Positions 38,974 through 50,047 of a stretch of DNA of 64,000 bases are shown piece after piece. The notes beneath the pieces were generated by a model. It was given only the letters and a program-made list of their open reading frames with translations, was not told the origin of the DNA and did no database searches. Position numbers and translations under genes: made by a program. The stretch's first letter is position 1. Every line of letters begins with the position of its first letter. The DNA comes from Anthoceros angustus. Taxonomy: Eukaryota > Plantae > Anthocerotophyta. The stretch lies in the NCBI GenBank assembly GCA_010909165.1, contig MU008187.1, forward strand, positions 500,247-564,246. Direction: 5' to 3'.

Positions 38974-41894
38974 ATGAAGGTGGTGGAGAAGCTGGAGGCG
39001 GGCGTGGCCAAGGGCCAGGTTGTCTTCTCCTTCGAGTTCTTCCCTCCCAAGACCGAGGATGGAGTGGACAACCTGTTTGAGAGGATGGAACGGATGGTTG
39101 TTCACCAGCCCGCCTTCTGCGACATTACGTGGGGCGCCGGCGGATCTACCTCGGATCTCACTCTTGACATCGCCAACAAGATGCAGAATATGGTGCGTTT
39201 TCTTCGTCCTTTCCGCTCTTCTAGGGGACCACCAGTAGCTGCCTTCCGGTGCAGGATGATGGTCAGGCCGTACGAGAAAGGGGAGTTTGATTGAGTGTCC
39301 GGGATCTGCAGATCTGCGTGGAAACCATGATGCACCTCACCTGCACCAACATGCCCGTTCACAAGATCGATGAGGCTCTGGAGGCGGTAAAGAAGAACGG
39401 CATCCAAAATATCTTGGCTCTGCGTGGAGACCCCCCCCACGGCCAGAAGGACTTCGTCACAGTGGAAGGCGGTTTTTCTTGTGCTCTGGATCTGGTATGC
39501 TGTGGTCTGGATCGGTTGTTAACTGCTGCGTTGTTACGAGACGCGGTTGGCAAAGCTTGAATCTGTGGGGGATGGTGTTGTTTTTCAATAGGTGAAACAT
39601 ATCCGAAGCAAGTATGGGGACTATTTTGGCATCACTGTTGCTGGATATCCTGGTACGCGCTGTCGCATCGCTCCTTCCTAGTATGAGCACTGTGATCCGG
39701 GACAGCGCTGCTCATGGCCTTCTCTTGCTTTTTGTAGAAGCGCACCCTGATGCCATTTTACATGAGTCTGGGGCAACCGAGGAGGCCTACAGGAAGGATC
39801 TCGCCTACTTGAAACAGAAGGTTAACACTGCTGCACCAGCCCTTGGAAACCTTTCCCCGCTCAGGATCACCTCGCTAGGTGTAGTCAACAAGGGTACCGA
39901 TGGGGACATCTGTGCAGGTTGATGCAGGAGCTCAAGTGATCGTCACTCAGCTTTTTTACGATACAGATGTCTTTCTCAAGTTTGTCAATGATTGTCGGGA
40001 GATTGGTATCAAGGTGCCAATTGTCCCTGGCATTATGCCTATAAACAACTACAAGGGCTTCCAGCGCATGACTGGCTTCTGCAAGACCAAGGTGATAAAG
40101 ACACGTGTCCATGCCTGTTGCTTGTCAGCATGCAAGTTTGTGCAGTAAGTAACTGGTGCATCACTTCAGGTGCCTGCAGAAATCAATGCTGCTCTGGAGC
40201 CAATCAAGGATAATGAGGAAGCAGTACGAGCATATGGAATCCACCTTGGCACAGAGATGAGTAAGAAGATATTGGCTCACGGGATCAACTATTTGCACTT
40301 GTACTCTTTGAATATGGAGAAGTCTGTACTGGCCATACTTCAGGTACCATGCTGCGCACACCCTACCCTCGAGTTTGGATGATCAGTTCTCCATAAAATG
40401 GCAGCTGATGAATCGCACGCTGTGTAGAACCTTGGCTTGATTGACTTCAGTCAAGTTAAAAGGTCTTTGCCGTGGCGTCCAGCAACCAATATCAAGCGAC
40501 TCGGTGAAGATGTTCGTCCTATTTTCTGGTGCATATCCTTCTTCTCTTTCTCCAGTTCCTTGTCTGGCTCCATGTTTCGATTTGCACCTGGTACCGTGTC
40601 ATCAGTCATCCTCGTCTCTTGGTGCATGGGTGACTGACATTCATTTGTACTCAGGGCAAACCGTCCCAGGAGCTATCTGTCTAGGACAACAGGTTGGGAA
40701 GAGTTTCCTCGGGGGCGCTGGGGTGATTCTCGAAGTCCGGCATATGGCACTTTGAGTGACTATCAGGTAGGTAACCGGTTGCCTTTGTGTTACTAATACT
40801 AAGTGCTGCCAAGGATTCTTTGTGGAATCAGTCTAAAATATCAACAAGCTATCTGAAGCGATCCGCTTGTGTGAAGCTATCATAAAGGTAGTTGCTCTAC
40901 TTTGGCATGCAGTTTCTGAGGAGACGTTCTCGGAACAAGAAGATTCTCGAGGAATGGGTGGTACCACTCAAGGCAGTGGAAGATGTTTACGAGGTCAGCA
41001 GTTCTTAGAGCAACTTTCTTTGCAAGTGTTTGAGAACCTTTTCAGGGTCCCTTCCTCATCTTTGTTGCTGTACTGCAGAGATTTGCAAGTTACTGTGCTG
41101 GGAAGCTGAAAAGCATACCTTGGTCTGAGCTCGAAGGACTCCAACCAGAAACTCTCCAAATCAATGAAAAGCTGGTGAAGATCAACTCTGAGGGCTTCCT
41201 CACAATCAACAGCCAGCCTGCAGTGAACGGAGAAAAGTCAGCTTCCCCTACAGTTGGTATGTACGAGTGGTGAACCGTTCCAGTTTTCTGTTTTTGAGTT
41301 CCAAGTCTGACTATTGGTCGGGGTTCGTGGTTTGTCATCCTCTCTGACTTCTTGACCATTGTCTTTGAAAAGGTTGGGGAGGGCCTGGTGGATATGTGTA
41401 TCAGAAGGCTTATGTGGAGTTCTTCTGCTCACCTGAGAAATTGGACGTCCTTGTTGAGAAAGCAAAAAGTCTCTCAAGTTTGACGTACATTGCTGTGAAC
41501 TCCAAGGGTGATCTGCGTTCGAACGTCAGGCCAGGAGACGTGAATGCAGTAACATGGGGAGTGTTTCCTGCAAAGGAGGTTATCCAGCCAACAGTTGTTG
41601 ATCCTGCCAGCTTTCTCGTGTGGAAGGATGAAGCATTTGAAATCTGGGACAAGGAGTGGGCCTCACTGTACCCAGAGGAGGATGCTGCTCGTGGAGTGCT
41701 GTCTGAGGTACGTGTTAGCGGATAAGCGTAATTCATGGGTTTCTTGTAGTTTGTCTTGGCGGTCATCAAAGCTTCCGCACTGGCATGATGCCCTGTTGGT
41801 GCCATTGCAGATCCAGAACTCCTACTTTCTCGTGAGCCTAGTGGAGAACGACTATATTCACGGCGACCTGTTTGAAATTCTCAGCAGCGTGTGA
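38974..41894 (+). CDS. MTHFR: Methylenetetrahydrofolate reductase
   Basis: [50 protein letters not shown] and [10 protein letters not shown]; ends [13 protein letters not shown]. Confidence 0.96.
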
Positions 41895-43064
41895 TTGCGG
41901 TACCCTACACCAGTCGAGTTGGGCCTCATTCATTGACCTGCTCTTTATTGGAGAGTAGCTTAGGAGACGGCAGCAGAAGATTGAGCTCAGCAGATGAGTG
42001 AGCAACGCCTATCACAGCCTTGATAGGCTTTCTTGTAGGTCAGGTCCCTATTGTCCATGGGGGGCGGCGGAAGCCAGAAATTCTGGTCGAAAGTATCGGA
42101 TATGAATGGTCGTATATCTTGTGAATTGTCCATGTCCCAACTTCTCATCGCACAGAGCTTAGTTTAGTTCGCTAGGACAGTTCTGGTGACTATTCTTTGC
42201 AGCAGGCACTTACAAAAACCCGCTTGCTGAACACTTGAGTGTACATACATACTGGATATAGCGCCTCTCACTGACAAGCAGCGAATTGAAGACTGGAGCA
42301 CCACGAGAAGATGATACATAGGCGATATCGACTATTCCACTTATCCTCAACCCCCTTGAGCTTATGGGAGTGTGTGCACTCATCCTCTACTTCTTCGAGT
42401 TTATGGCCGCACTCATCAAGCTTGTCTATCTTCATGTTGGATTATCCTACAGGGGTTCGCTGGCGAAGTTGTGGAACACCGTGGACTTGGGCTAAAAATT
42501 TGCCAGACTTTGGGAAAAAGGTATTCGACAGCCATCCACACAAATGTGTCCTGCTCGCCGGCAGTGCCGATCAGCGAGATATTGTACGGAAATGGCAGTT
42601 GCAGCATATGTACAGGTGTACACATGTACACTCCCTATGAAAATGTACTTATTACACATATACTGGAGACACCCCGCTTGTGACTGGCGCAGAGCGGAAA
42701 TGATTTTCATGGGTGAGGTCTTTCCCTGAAGGCCCTTTGAATCACCGGCATGAATACGGAGCGAGAGCCTCCATTTTCAAAAAATTAGAACCTCTCAAAT
42801 TTATGAAAGGTTGTGTTGCTGAATGTTAGTCTACATACATAGTGTATACAAATGCGTGGGTTGGGACAAGTTCACGAAGCATTGCTTTCTGCTTCGTCTG
42901 GATGCCAATAATGGCACGGATAAAGGCAGACTGGGACCCACTGTCAGCACTAGCCCGAAGAAATTGTAAAGGGAATGTCTACTGCACGAATAACGGACAG
43001 TGTCGAAGTGAGAAAACTGCCTCGAAATTGGGCCTCGGCCCTGGCCCCCGACTCCGTCTACAGG

Positions 43065-44192
43065 TCAGGGGTTGTCACCTTGGGGTTGTTGCAACAAGGG
43101 CTGCTTGATGCTGCTGTGGGCATGGTCATCAAGTCTAGCTAACCTCTCATTCTCCACCTGCCCCCAGGTAACAGAGTAGAGGCCAAGGATGATGAGAATC
43201 CCGCCCAAACAAGTCCCCAAGTACAAGGTGTCCCCCAGAAACACCAGTGCAAGAAATGCAGTCACCACGGCCTGGAGGGGCTCGTAGACGGCAACCAGGA
43301 ACGGCCCTCCCTTCTGCACACACCAGGCCTGGATGGCGAAATTGAGGGCGGAGGCCACCAGCCCGGCGTACAGCACCCCGATCACCTCAGTCCCCCAGGT
43401 GGGAACCCACGCAGCCGGGTCTCGCACCAGGATGAGGGCCAGCACAGCCGACTGCGCGGTCCCGAACAGGCACAGGAAAGCGGACAAGGAGATGGGCGCC
43501 GGGAAGTCCCGCACCACAGGCGCCTGCAGGTTCAGGTACCCCGCCCAGCAAAGGCAGTTCCCCACCAGGCACAGGATGCCCACGTACCACAAATCCAACC
43601 CCAGCTGCAGCCCCAGGCGCAGCAGGGGCGGAGCGGGGGCCTGGTGGCTCGTGAGCAGGAGCGTGGGGCCCTTGTAGAGCGTGACGGTCACGGCCCCGGC
43701 CACGCACACCAGCGTGCCCAGGACCTTGGCCAGGCCGTCCTTTTTGCGCCATCGCACCTCCTCCAGCCCCGAGGCCGCCGCCAGCACGAAGGCGAACACG
43801 GGCACAAGGTTCTGCATCAGCGTGGCCACCGTGGCGGACGTGAATTGCAGCCCCGCCAGGTACAGCATCTGGTTGCCGAACACCCCAAGCAGGCCCAGCA
43901 GAAAGAAGTGCGCCAGCAGGCGCGGGGTGAGCGCAGGCCGCCGGCTGCGCTCCAGCAAGTAGCCCGCCGGCGCCAGCAGCAGCAGCGCAATGCCGTTGCG
44001 GTAGAGCGGGAAGATGAAGCGGGAGAGGCCCGAGGTGAGCGCCACCCGCGTCAGGATGGCGTACCCCCCGTATCCCAGCTGCACCACGAACAGGCCCAGG
44101 TGCATTCGCGTGCGCTCAGTAAACCGCACGCTCACGCTCGTCTGCACCGACGCCGCCATGGCCTCTCCTCCTTCTCCCGCTCCCTCCTTCAC
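43065..44192 (-). CDS. WAT1-related/UMAMIT (EamA) transporter, single exon
   Basis: 375-aa uninterrupted ORF with two EamA halves: YRNGIALLLL, NQMLYLAGL, QNLVPVFAF, KVLGTLVCVAGA, KGGPFLVAVYEPLQ. Confidence 0.92.
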   Translation of the reverse strand: MKEGAGEGGEAMAASVQTSVSVRFTERTRMHLGLFVVQLGYGGYAILTRVALTSGLSRFIFPLYRNGIALLLLAPAGYLLERSRRPALTPRLLAHFFLLGLLGVFGNQMLYLAGLQFTSATVATLMQNLVPVFAFVLAAASGLEEVRWRKKDGLAKVLGTLVCVAGAVTVTLYKGPTLLLTSHQAPAPPLLRLGLQLGLDLWYVGILCLVGNCLCWAGYLNLQAPVVRDFPAPISLSAFLCLFGTAQSAVLALILVRDPAAWVPTWGTEVIGVLYAGLVASALNFAIQAWCVQKGGPFLVAVYEPLQAVVTAFLALVFLGDTLYLGTCLGGILIILGLYSVTWGQVENERLARLDDHAHSSIKQPLLQQPQGDNP

Positions 44193-44272
44193 GCCCGCTT
44201 CCCGCCTGACCTACCTGTCTAACCTCCTACCTGCTCTTCACTCCTCAGAAGATGCAACGCTAGAACTTGCTT

Positions 44273-44449
44273 GGCAGCTTCTTCGCCGGGTCGTCGTGCC
44301 GAGCCCTCTGAGTGGCTACCAACCACTTAAGTATATGTCCTCCGAAAATCACTACAAAACAATATGTGCAAAGTAATTGCCGGCACCAGACCCGGGGGCC
44401 TACTGTTCCGGAGATTCGAACCACACATTGAGGGTCCCGGGTCTGGTGC
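44273..44449. repeat. Dispersed ~150-bp repeat, copy 1, ending in a 14-bp-arm hairpin
   Basis: Homologous to 45847-46003 (shared TCGTCGTGCCGAG, TCCGAAAATCACTACAA, ATATGTGCAAAGTAA, CAGACCCGGGGG). Inverted repeat GCACCAGACCCGGG at 44383-44396 and 44436-44449. Confidence 0.8.
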
Positions 44450-44796
44450 TTAATGGATGAGGGAGGGTGTACATATGTATGTCTGAACTAGTCAAACAGA
44501 AATAGGGAGAATAAAAGGTAGAGGATTGACAAGAAAGTTATAGGGCCAAGCAAGGATAACCTGTGATCCTGTGATCCTGTAATCCTGTAATCTAGACGAC
44601 CAAAAAGCAAGGAGAAGGTAAGGAGGGAGGTGAGGGTTTTCGTTGGTCAAGAAGGTGGAGGTGGTAGAAAAAAGAGGAGAGACGAAAAAGACCATCAAGT
44701 TCTAAGGGAAAGCCAGCAAATTCAGAGAGAAGGACATGAAGAGGGGTAGAGCGCTTACAGACGATATGAGCACGAAGGAAAAAAGCCTCATGGGCA

Positions 44797-45073
44797 CTGG
44801 GGTGATCCTCGAAGTCTGACATATGGCACTTTGAGTGACTATCAGGTAGGTAACCGGTTGCCTTTGTGTCACTTATACTGAGTGTTGCCAAGGATTCTTT
44901 GTGGAATCAGACTAAAATATCAACAACCTGTCTGAATGTCTGAAGCGATCCACTTGTGTGAAGTTGTTATAAAGCTATTTGCTCTACTTTGGGATGCAGT
45001 TTTTGAGGAGACCCCCTGACAACAAGAAGATTCTCGAGGAATGGGTGGTACCACTCAAGGCAGTGGAAGATGT
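44797..45073 (+). pseudogene. Second genomic fragment of MTHFR (exon-intron-exon)
   Basis: Colinear with MTHFR at about 40717-40988, including the full intervening intron (YGTLSDYQ / [17 protein letters not shown]). Confidence 0.9.
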
Positions 45074-45846
45074 ATGCAGCTCTTATTACGTTGCAACTCA
45101 AACAATTGTGTCCTTTAAGGACGGTAGTTGTTGGGACGCACACTTAGCTTGGAATTTTGACTCGTACTCAATCATAGAGTCTATGCGGTGATGTCATATC
45201 AGTGCCAGCATTGGAGCCGGGCGCATCCCTGACCCTACTTGTCTACATTGCATCTCTAAAGCAAGTGTGGGGTATGGTGTTCAAAGGGCAACAATTGCCC
45301 GGACGGACGTCTATTCAGCTCTAAATTTCTATTCCTCCTAAATCACGGCTAAGTAAAGTGATGATCTTATTTGAGTATTCCAGCAGCACGCATCCCCTGA
45401 CCTACTTGTCCTTGCTTGTATCCGCCTGCCAATCATCTTCCCGCAAAGTACAGGTCGTCCAGTTCATGATTTAAGCTCCAAGCCAACTCAACCATAAAAA
45501 ACAAACGAATCAAGCAGCGGTATTGCCACTTCCATCCACCCCAAAACCCCGCGTTCAAACGTTGAAACTTTGGCATCCTAGATGGTTATTAAACGCCCTT
45601 TTTTCCCAGCCTTGAACTTGTCGAGCTTTCCACGAGAGTCGGAATCAATGGGCGCAACGAATCGATATTGGTCGTTTTGGTCTTCGACTGGAGCAAGAAT
45701 ACACATATGTTTTCCCATGTTTTCCCGTTGGAGAATGTGTTCTTTATACATATTTTTGTCCACAGTAACAATGGCCTTGAATTTATTTTCACGAATCGCA
45801 TTTAGAAGCCTGCCGTTTCTAGTTCGGGAGAGAGAGCCGGTGCCTT

Positions 45847-46003
45847 TGCAGCTTCGTCACCTCGTCGTGCCGAGACCTCTTAGTGGCCACCACTCATCCG
45901 TTCTCCGAAAATCACTACAAGTTACATATGTGCAAAGTAAATGCGTGCATCAGACCCGGGGGCTGCTTTCGATCGCTGTTTCGGAGGGTCGGACCACGCA
46001 CTC
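45847..46003. repeat. Dispersed ~150-bp repeat, copy 2 (direct orientation)
   Basis: Diverged copy of 44273-44425, preceded by the purine tract GGGAGAGAGAG. Confidence 0.75.
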
Positions 46004-46189
46004 CGGGTTACTAGAGTTATCCCCGTTAGCCAGGATTTCATGTCCTGAGAGACGGCGCGCAAAGCGTGTAAGAGTGCAGCCGGCCCTTCGTCGCATGAGG
46101 CAAGGAATCTGGGATGGGGAAGAAAGAAAACTTCGACCGTGTGAGCGTTTCCAGTCAGCGTTTGCCGAAAATCTGCTTTCAGATGCCCT

Positions 46190-49100
46190 ATGCCGTCCCA
46201 GTTCTCGGTGCAGGCTAAGGCGATGCGTCGGCGGGGATTATTGTGGACCCAACAAATTGGTGTGTGTACAGGGATTCTTCCACCGGGAGCTCCCGCTCTC
46301 CTCACCTCAGGGAGTCAACACCCGGCAAACAACCAAGCGTGCAGGGGCAGCCGTGTCAGGAGCCCAGCATTTCTAATTCCGAGAAAATCTGCGGGTTGGG
46401 GCGGGGTATCCAGCCATGGTCGTCGCCAGGAGCAGGAGCAGGAGCCGGAGCAACAATTTTTTCTGGACCCTCCCATGTGGCGGGACAACCGACGAGATAA
46501 GCCAGCTTGGGTTGATGAGCAGCTCGTTCTTTTGGATATGCGGGTGGGTCATGCTGCCTCCCCTTCCAAGTGGAGCTCTCCGGATAGGCGTGGAGAATCG
46601 GAAATGGGCGTCCTTACGACTGGAACCGTGACCACGTTATGTCAGCAGGGAAAGCTTTCTGAGGCCGTTGGAGCCCTGGAATCTCTGGCTCTGACGGACT
46701 CTGCTATTTCCCAGTCTCTGTTTTACACTGTGCTGAAACTCTGTACAGCTAAGAAGGATCTTGTTGTGGGGCGACGAGTGCATGACCTTACTGTCAAACT
46801 CGGGTACGAGTCGGATGCGTTCTTGGGGAACCATATCTTGCGCATGTATGCATGTGGAGGTAGTCTGCAGGAGGCCATGGATGTGTTCACCAGGGTCGGC
46901 AATCCAAATGCGTACATGTGGTCTTCCATAATCTCTGCATATGCGAAGCATGGGAAACCTAACGAGGCCATACAACTTTACCATGAGATGCGGAGGTCAG
47001 GAGTGAAAACAAATGGTCACCTATTTGTAGCTGCCCTTCAAGCATGTGCATTTGCTGCCGACTTGGAATCTGGCAGAGAAGTGCACTGTGATGTATTGGA
47101 CAGTGGTATTCCCCCTGACTTGTTTGTTGGCAACTGCCTGGTGGACATGTATGCAAAATGTGGCCAACTGAAGGATGCACGCCAGGTATTTGACAGCATG
47201 AACACAAAGGATGTGGTGACATGGAATGCCCTGATTGCTGGGTATGCAAAATGTGGTGAACTAGAAGATGCACGCCAGGTTTTTGACAGCATGGCCACAA
47301 AGAATGTGGTGACATGGACGGTGCTGATTGATGGGTATGCAGAGCAAGGACTCGGCCAAGAGGCGCTTGCTGTGTATGGACAAATGGAGCAAGAAGGCCT
47401 CGTTTTGCCTAACCATGTCACTTTTGCTTGCCTTCTGAAGGCCTGTGGAAGCACTGGTGCCTTGCAGATGGGCAGGCAGCTGCACTCACAGATTGTGGAA
47501 AGAGGACTGCTGGATAGCATAGTGTTGGGCACCTGCCTGGTGGACATGTATGCAAAATGCGGTGAACTGAAAGATGCACGCCAGGTTTTTGACAGCATGG
47601 CCACAAAGGATGTGGTGACATGGAATGCCTGATTGCAGGGTATGCAAAATGTGAACTGAAACATGCACGCCAGGTTTTGACAGCATGAACACAAAGAATG
47701 TGGTGACATGGACAGCGCTGATTTCGGGGTATGCACAGCAAGGACTTGGCCAAGAGGCGCTTGTGTATGGACAAATGGAGCAGGCCTCATTTTGGCTTAT
47801 TTTTTGCTTGCCTTCTGAAGGCCTGTGCAAGCACTGGTGCCTTACAGAAGGGCAGGCAGCTGCACTCACAGATTGTGGAAAGAGGACTGCTGGATGATGG
47901 TGTTGGGCACCTGCCTGGTGGACATGTATGCAAAATGCGGTGAACTGAAAGATGCACGCCAGGTTTTTGACAGCATGGGCTCAAAGGATGTCGGGACATG
48001 GAATGCTCTGATTGCAGGGTATGCGAAATGTGGTGAACTGAAACATGCACGCCAGGTTTTTGACAGCATGAACACAAAGAATGTGGTGACATGGACAGCG
48101 CTGATTTCGGGGTATGCACAGCAAGGACTTGGCCACGAGGCGCTAGTTGTGTATGAGCGAATGGAGCAAGAAGGCCTCATTTTGGCTAACCATGTTACTT
48201 TTGCTTGCCTTCTGAATGCCTGTGCAAGCACTGGTGCTTTACAGAAGGGCAGGCAGCTGCACTCACAGATTGTGGAAAGAGGACTGCTGGATAGCATAGT
48301 GTTGGGCACCTGCCTGGTGGACATGTATGCAAAATGCGGTGAACTGAAAGATGCACGCCAGGTTTTTGACAGCATGGGCTCAAAGGATGTCGGGACATGG
48401 AATGCTCTGATTGCTGGGTATGCAAAATGTGGTGAACTGAAGATGCACGCCAGGTTTTGACAGCATGGCCAAAGGATGTGGTGACATGGACAGCGCTGAT
48501 TTGTATGGACAATGTGTATGGACAAATGGAGCAAGAAGGCCTCATTTTGGCTTATTTTTTGCTTGCCTTCTGAATGCCTGTGCAAGCACTGGTGCTTTAC
48601 AGAAGGGCAGGCAACTGCACTCACAGATTGTGGGAAGAGGACTGTTGGATAATGTACTGGTGGGCAACTCCCTGGTGGACATGTATGCAAAATGTGGCGC
48701 ACTGGAAGATGCACGCCAGGTGTTTGACAGCATGGCCACAAAGGACGTGGTTACATGGAATGCTGTTATATCTGGGTATGGTAATTGTGACGAAGGTCGC
48801 AAGGCACTAGCTTGTTTTGAGGAGATGTTAGCTGCCGGTATTCAGCCTAATGATACAACTTTCACTTGCCTTTTGGTAGCATGCAGTCATGAGGGACTGG
48901 TCCACGAGGGTCACAAGCTCTTTGATTCCATGGCTGAGCAGCATGGCATCAAACCTACTCCTGAGCATCACAACTGTATGGTTGATCTTCTTGGGCGTGC
49001 AGGCCATTTGTATGAGGCAGAGAAGATGCTATTATCATGTGAGGGCCAAAGTGATGTCGTGGGATTGACGTCTTTCTTGAGTGCCTGCAAAAGTCATGGG

Positions 49101-49661
49101 GATGTAGAGAAGGCGATGTGGTGTTTTGAAAGCATTGTTAGGCTGGACCCCCAGGAGGCGCCTGCATATGTGCTTATGGCCAATGCCTACGCAGATGCAG
49201 GCAGGTGGACCGATGTACACAGGATTGAAACACAGAGAAGGTTAGCAGGAGCTAACAAGAAACCTGCAGTGGCTAGCATTGAGGTGAATGAGGAGGTACA
49301 TAGATTCCTGGTGGGAGAAAGAAGAGAAAATATTTCGCTTAAGGTGGAGAGCATGAATGCACGCCTGAAGCAGGAAGGAGGCCACGTGCCTCACACAAAG
49401 TTGGTGCTGAAGCCAGTGTGTGAGAAGGAAAAGGAAGATGTGCTTTGTGGGCATGCTGAAAAGCTAGCTCTGGCGTTTGGTCTCTTGAACACTCCGAGTG
49501 GGACACCTTTGGTGGTAACGAAGAATCTACGCATGTGCAGAGATTGCCACAGTTCTACGGAGATTATGTCAAGGCTTGAACACAGAGACATTGTTGTAAG
49601 AGATGGGTACCGGGTGCATCGATTTGCAGCTGGTTGTTGCAGTTGTAAGGGTCGACCATGA
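46190..49661 (+). CDS. PLS-class PPR protein with E domains and a DYW:KP (GRP-terminated) deaminase-like domain; frameshifts in the repeat region
   Basis: P/L/S/SS motifs; E region (HHNCMVDLLGRAGHLYEA, AYVLMANAYADAGRW); KPAVASIEV box; HAEKLA and CRDC Zn ligands; ends CSCKGRP*. Confidence 0.92.
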
Positions 49662-49767
49662 GAGGACTACCCAGTGCTCAAGAGTGTACAGTACACCAAT
49701 TTATTCAAAAAACATAGGCCATATTGTGTCTGTCGAGCATGCTTCAGCATATGTACAACGTAAAAAT

Positions 49768-49935
49768 TGTTGGGTGGCTGGCGAGCGAACATGTTTCAGC
49801 TTACATACAACACATACACTGTTGGGTGGTAGCTGAACTAGCATGTTGCACCGTATGTACAACATATACATTGTTGGGTGGCAGCTGAGCTAGCATGCTG
49901 CAGCGTATGTACAAGAAATACAATGTTGGGTGCAA
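49768..49935. repeat. Degenerate ~52-bp tandem repeat (3-4 copies) between convergent PPR and LOX 3' ends
   Basis: Recurring TGTTGGGTGG(T/C)AGCTGA(A/G)CTAGCATG(T/C)TGCA(C/G)CGTATGTACAA. Confidence 0.8.
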
Positions 49936-50047
49936 CTAGATCATCCACTAGGTCACTGAATGAGCTACAATCTGTTGCCCCATCTTTGTGTGTCGGGATG
50001 GTGGGCGAGGGAAGGGGAAGGCAAAAGCGAGGAAGCCAAAAATCAAA

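Noticed and set aside
42311-42730. Overlapping short ORFs downstream of MTHFR
   Set aside because: No recognisable homology; cannot support a gene or TE call.
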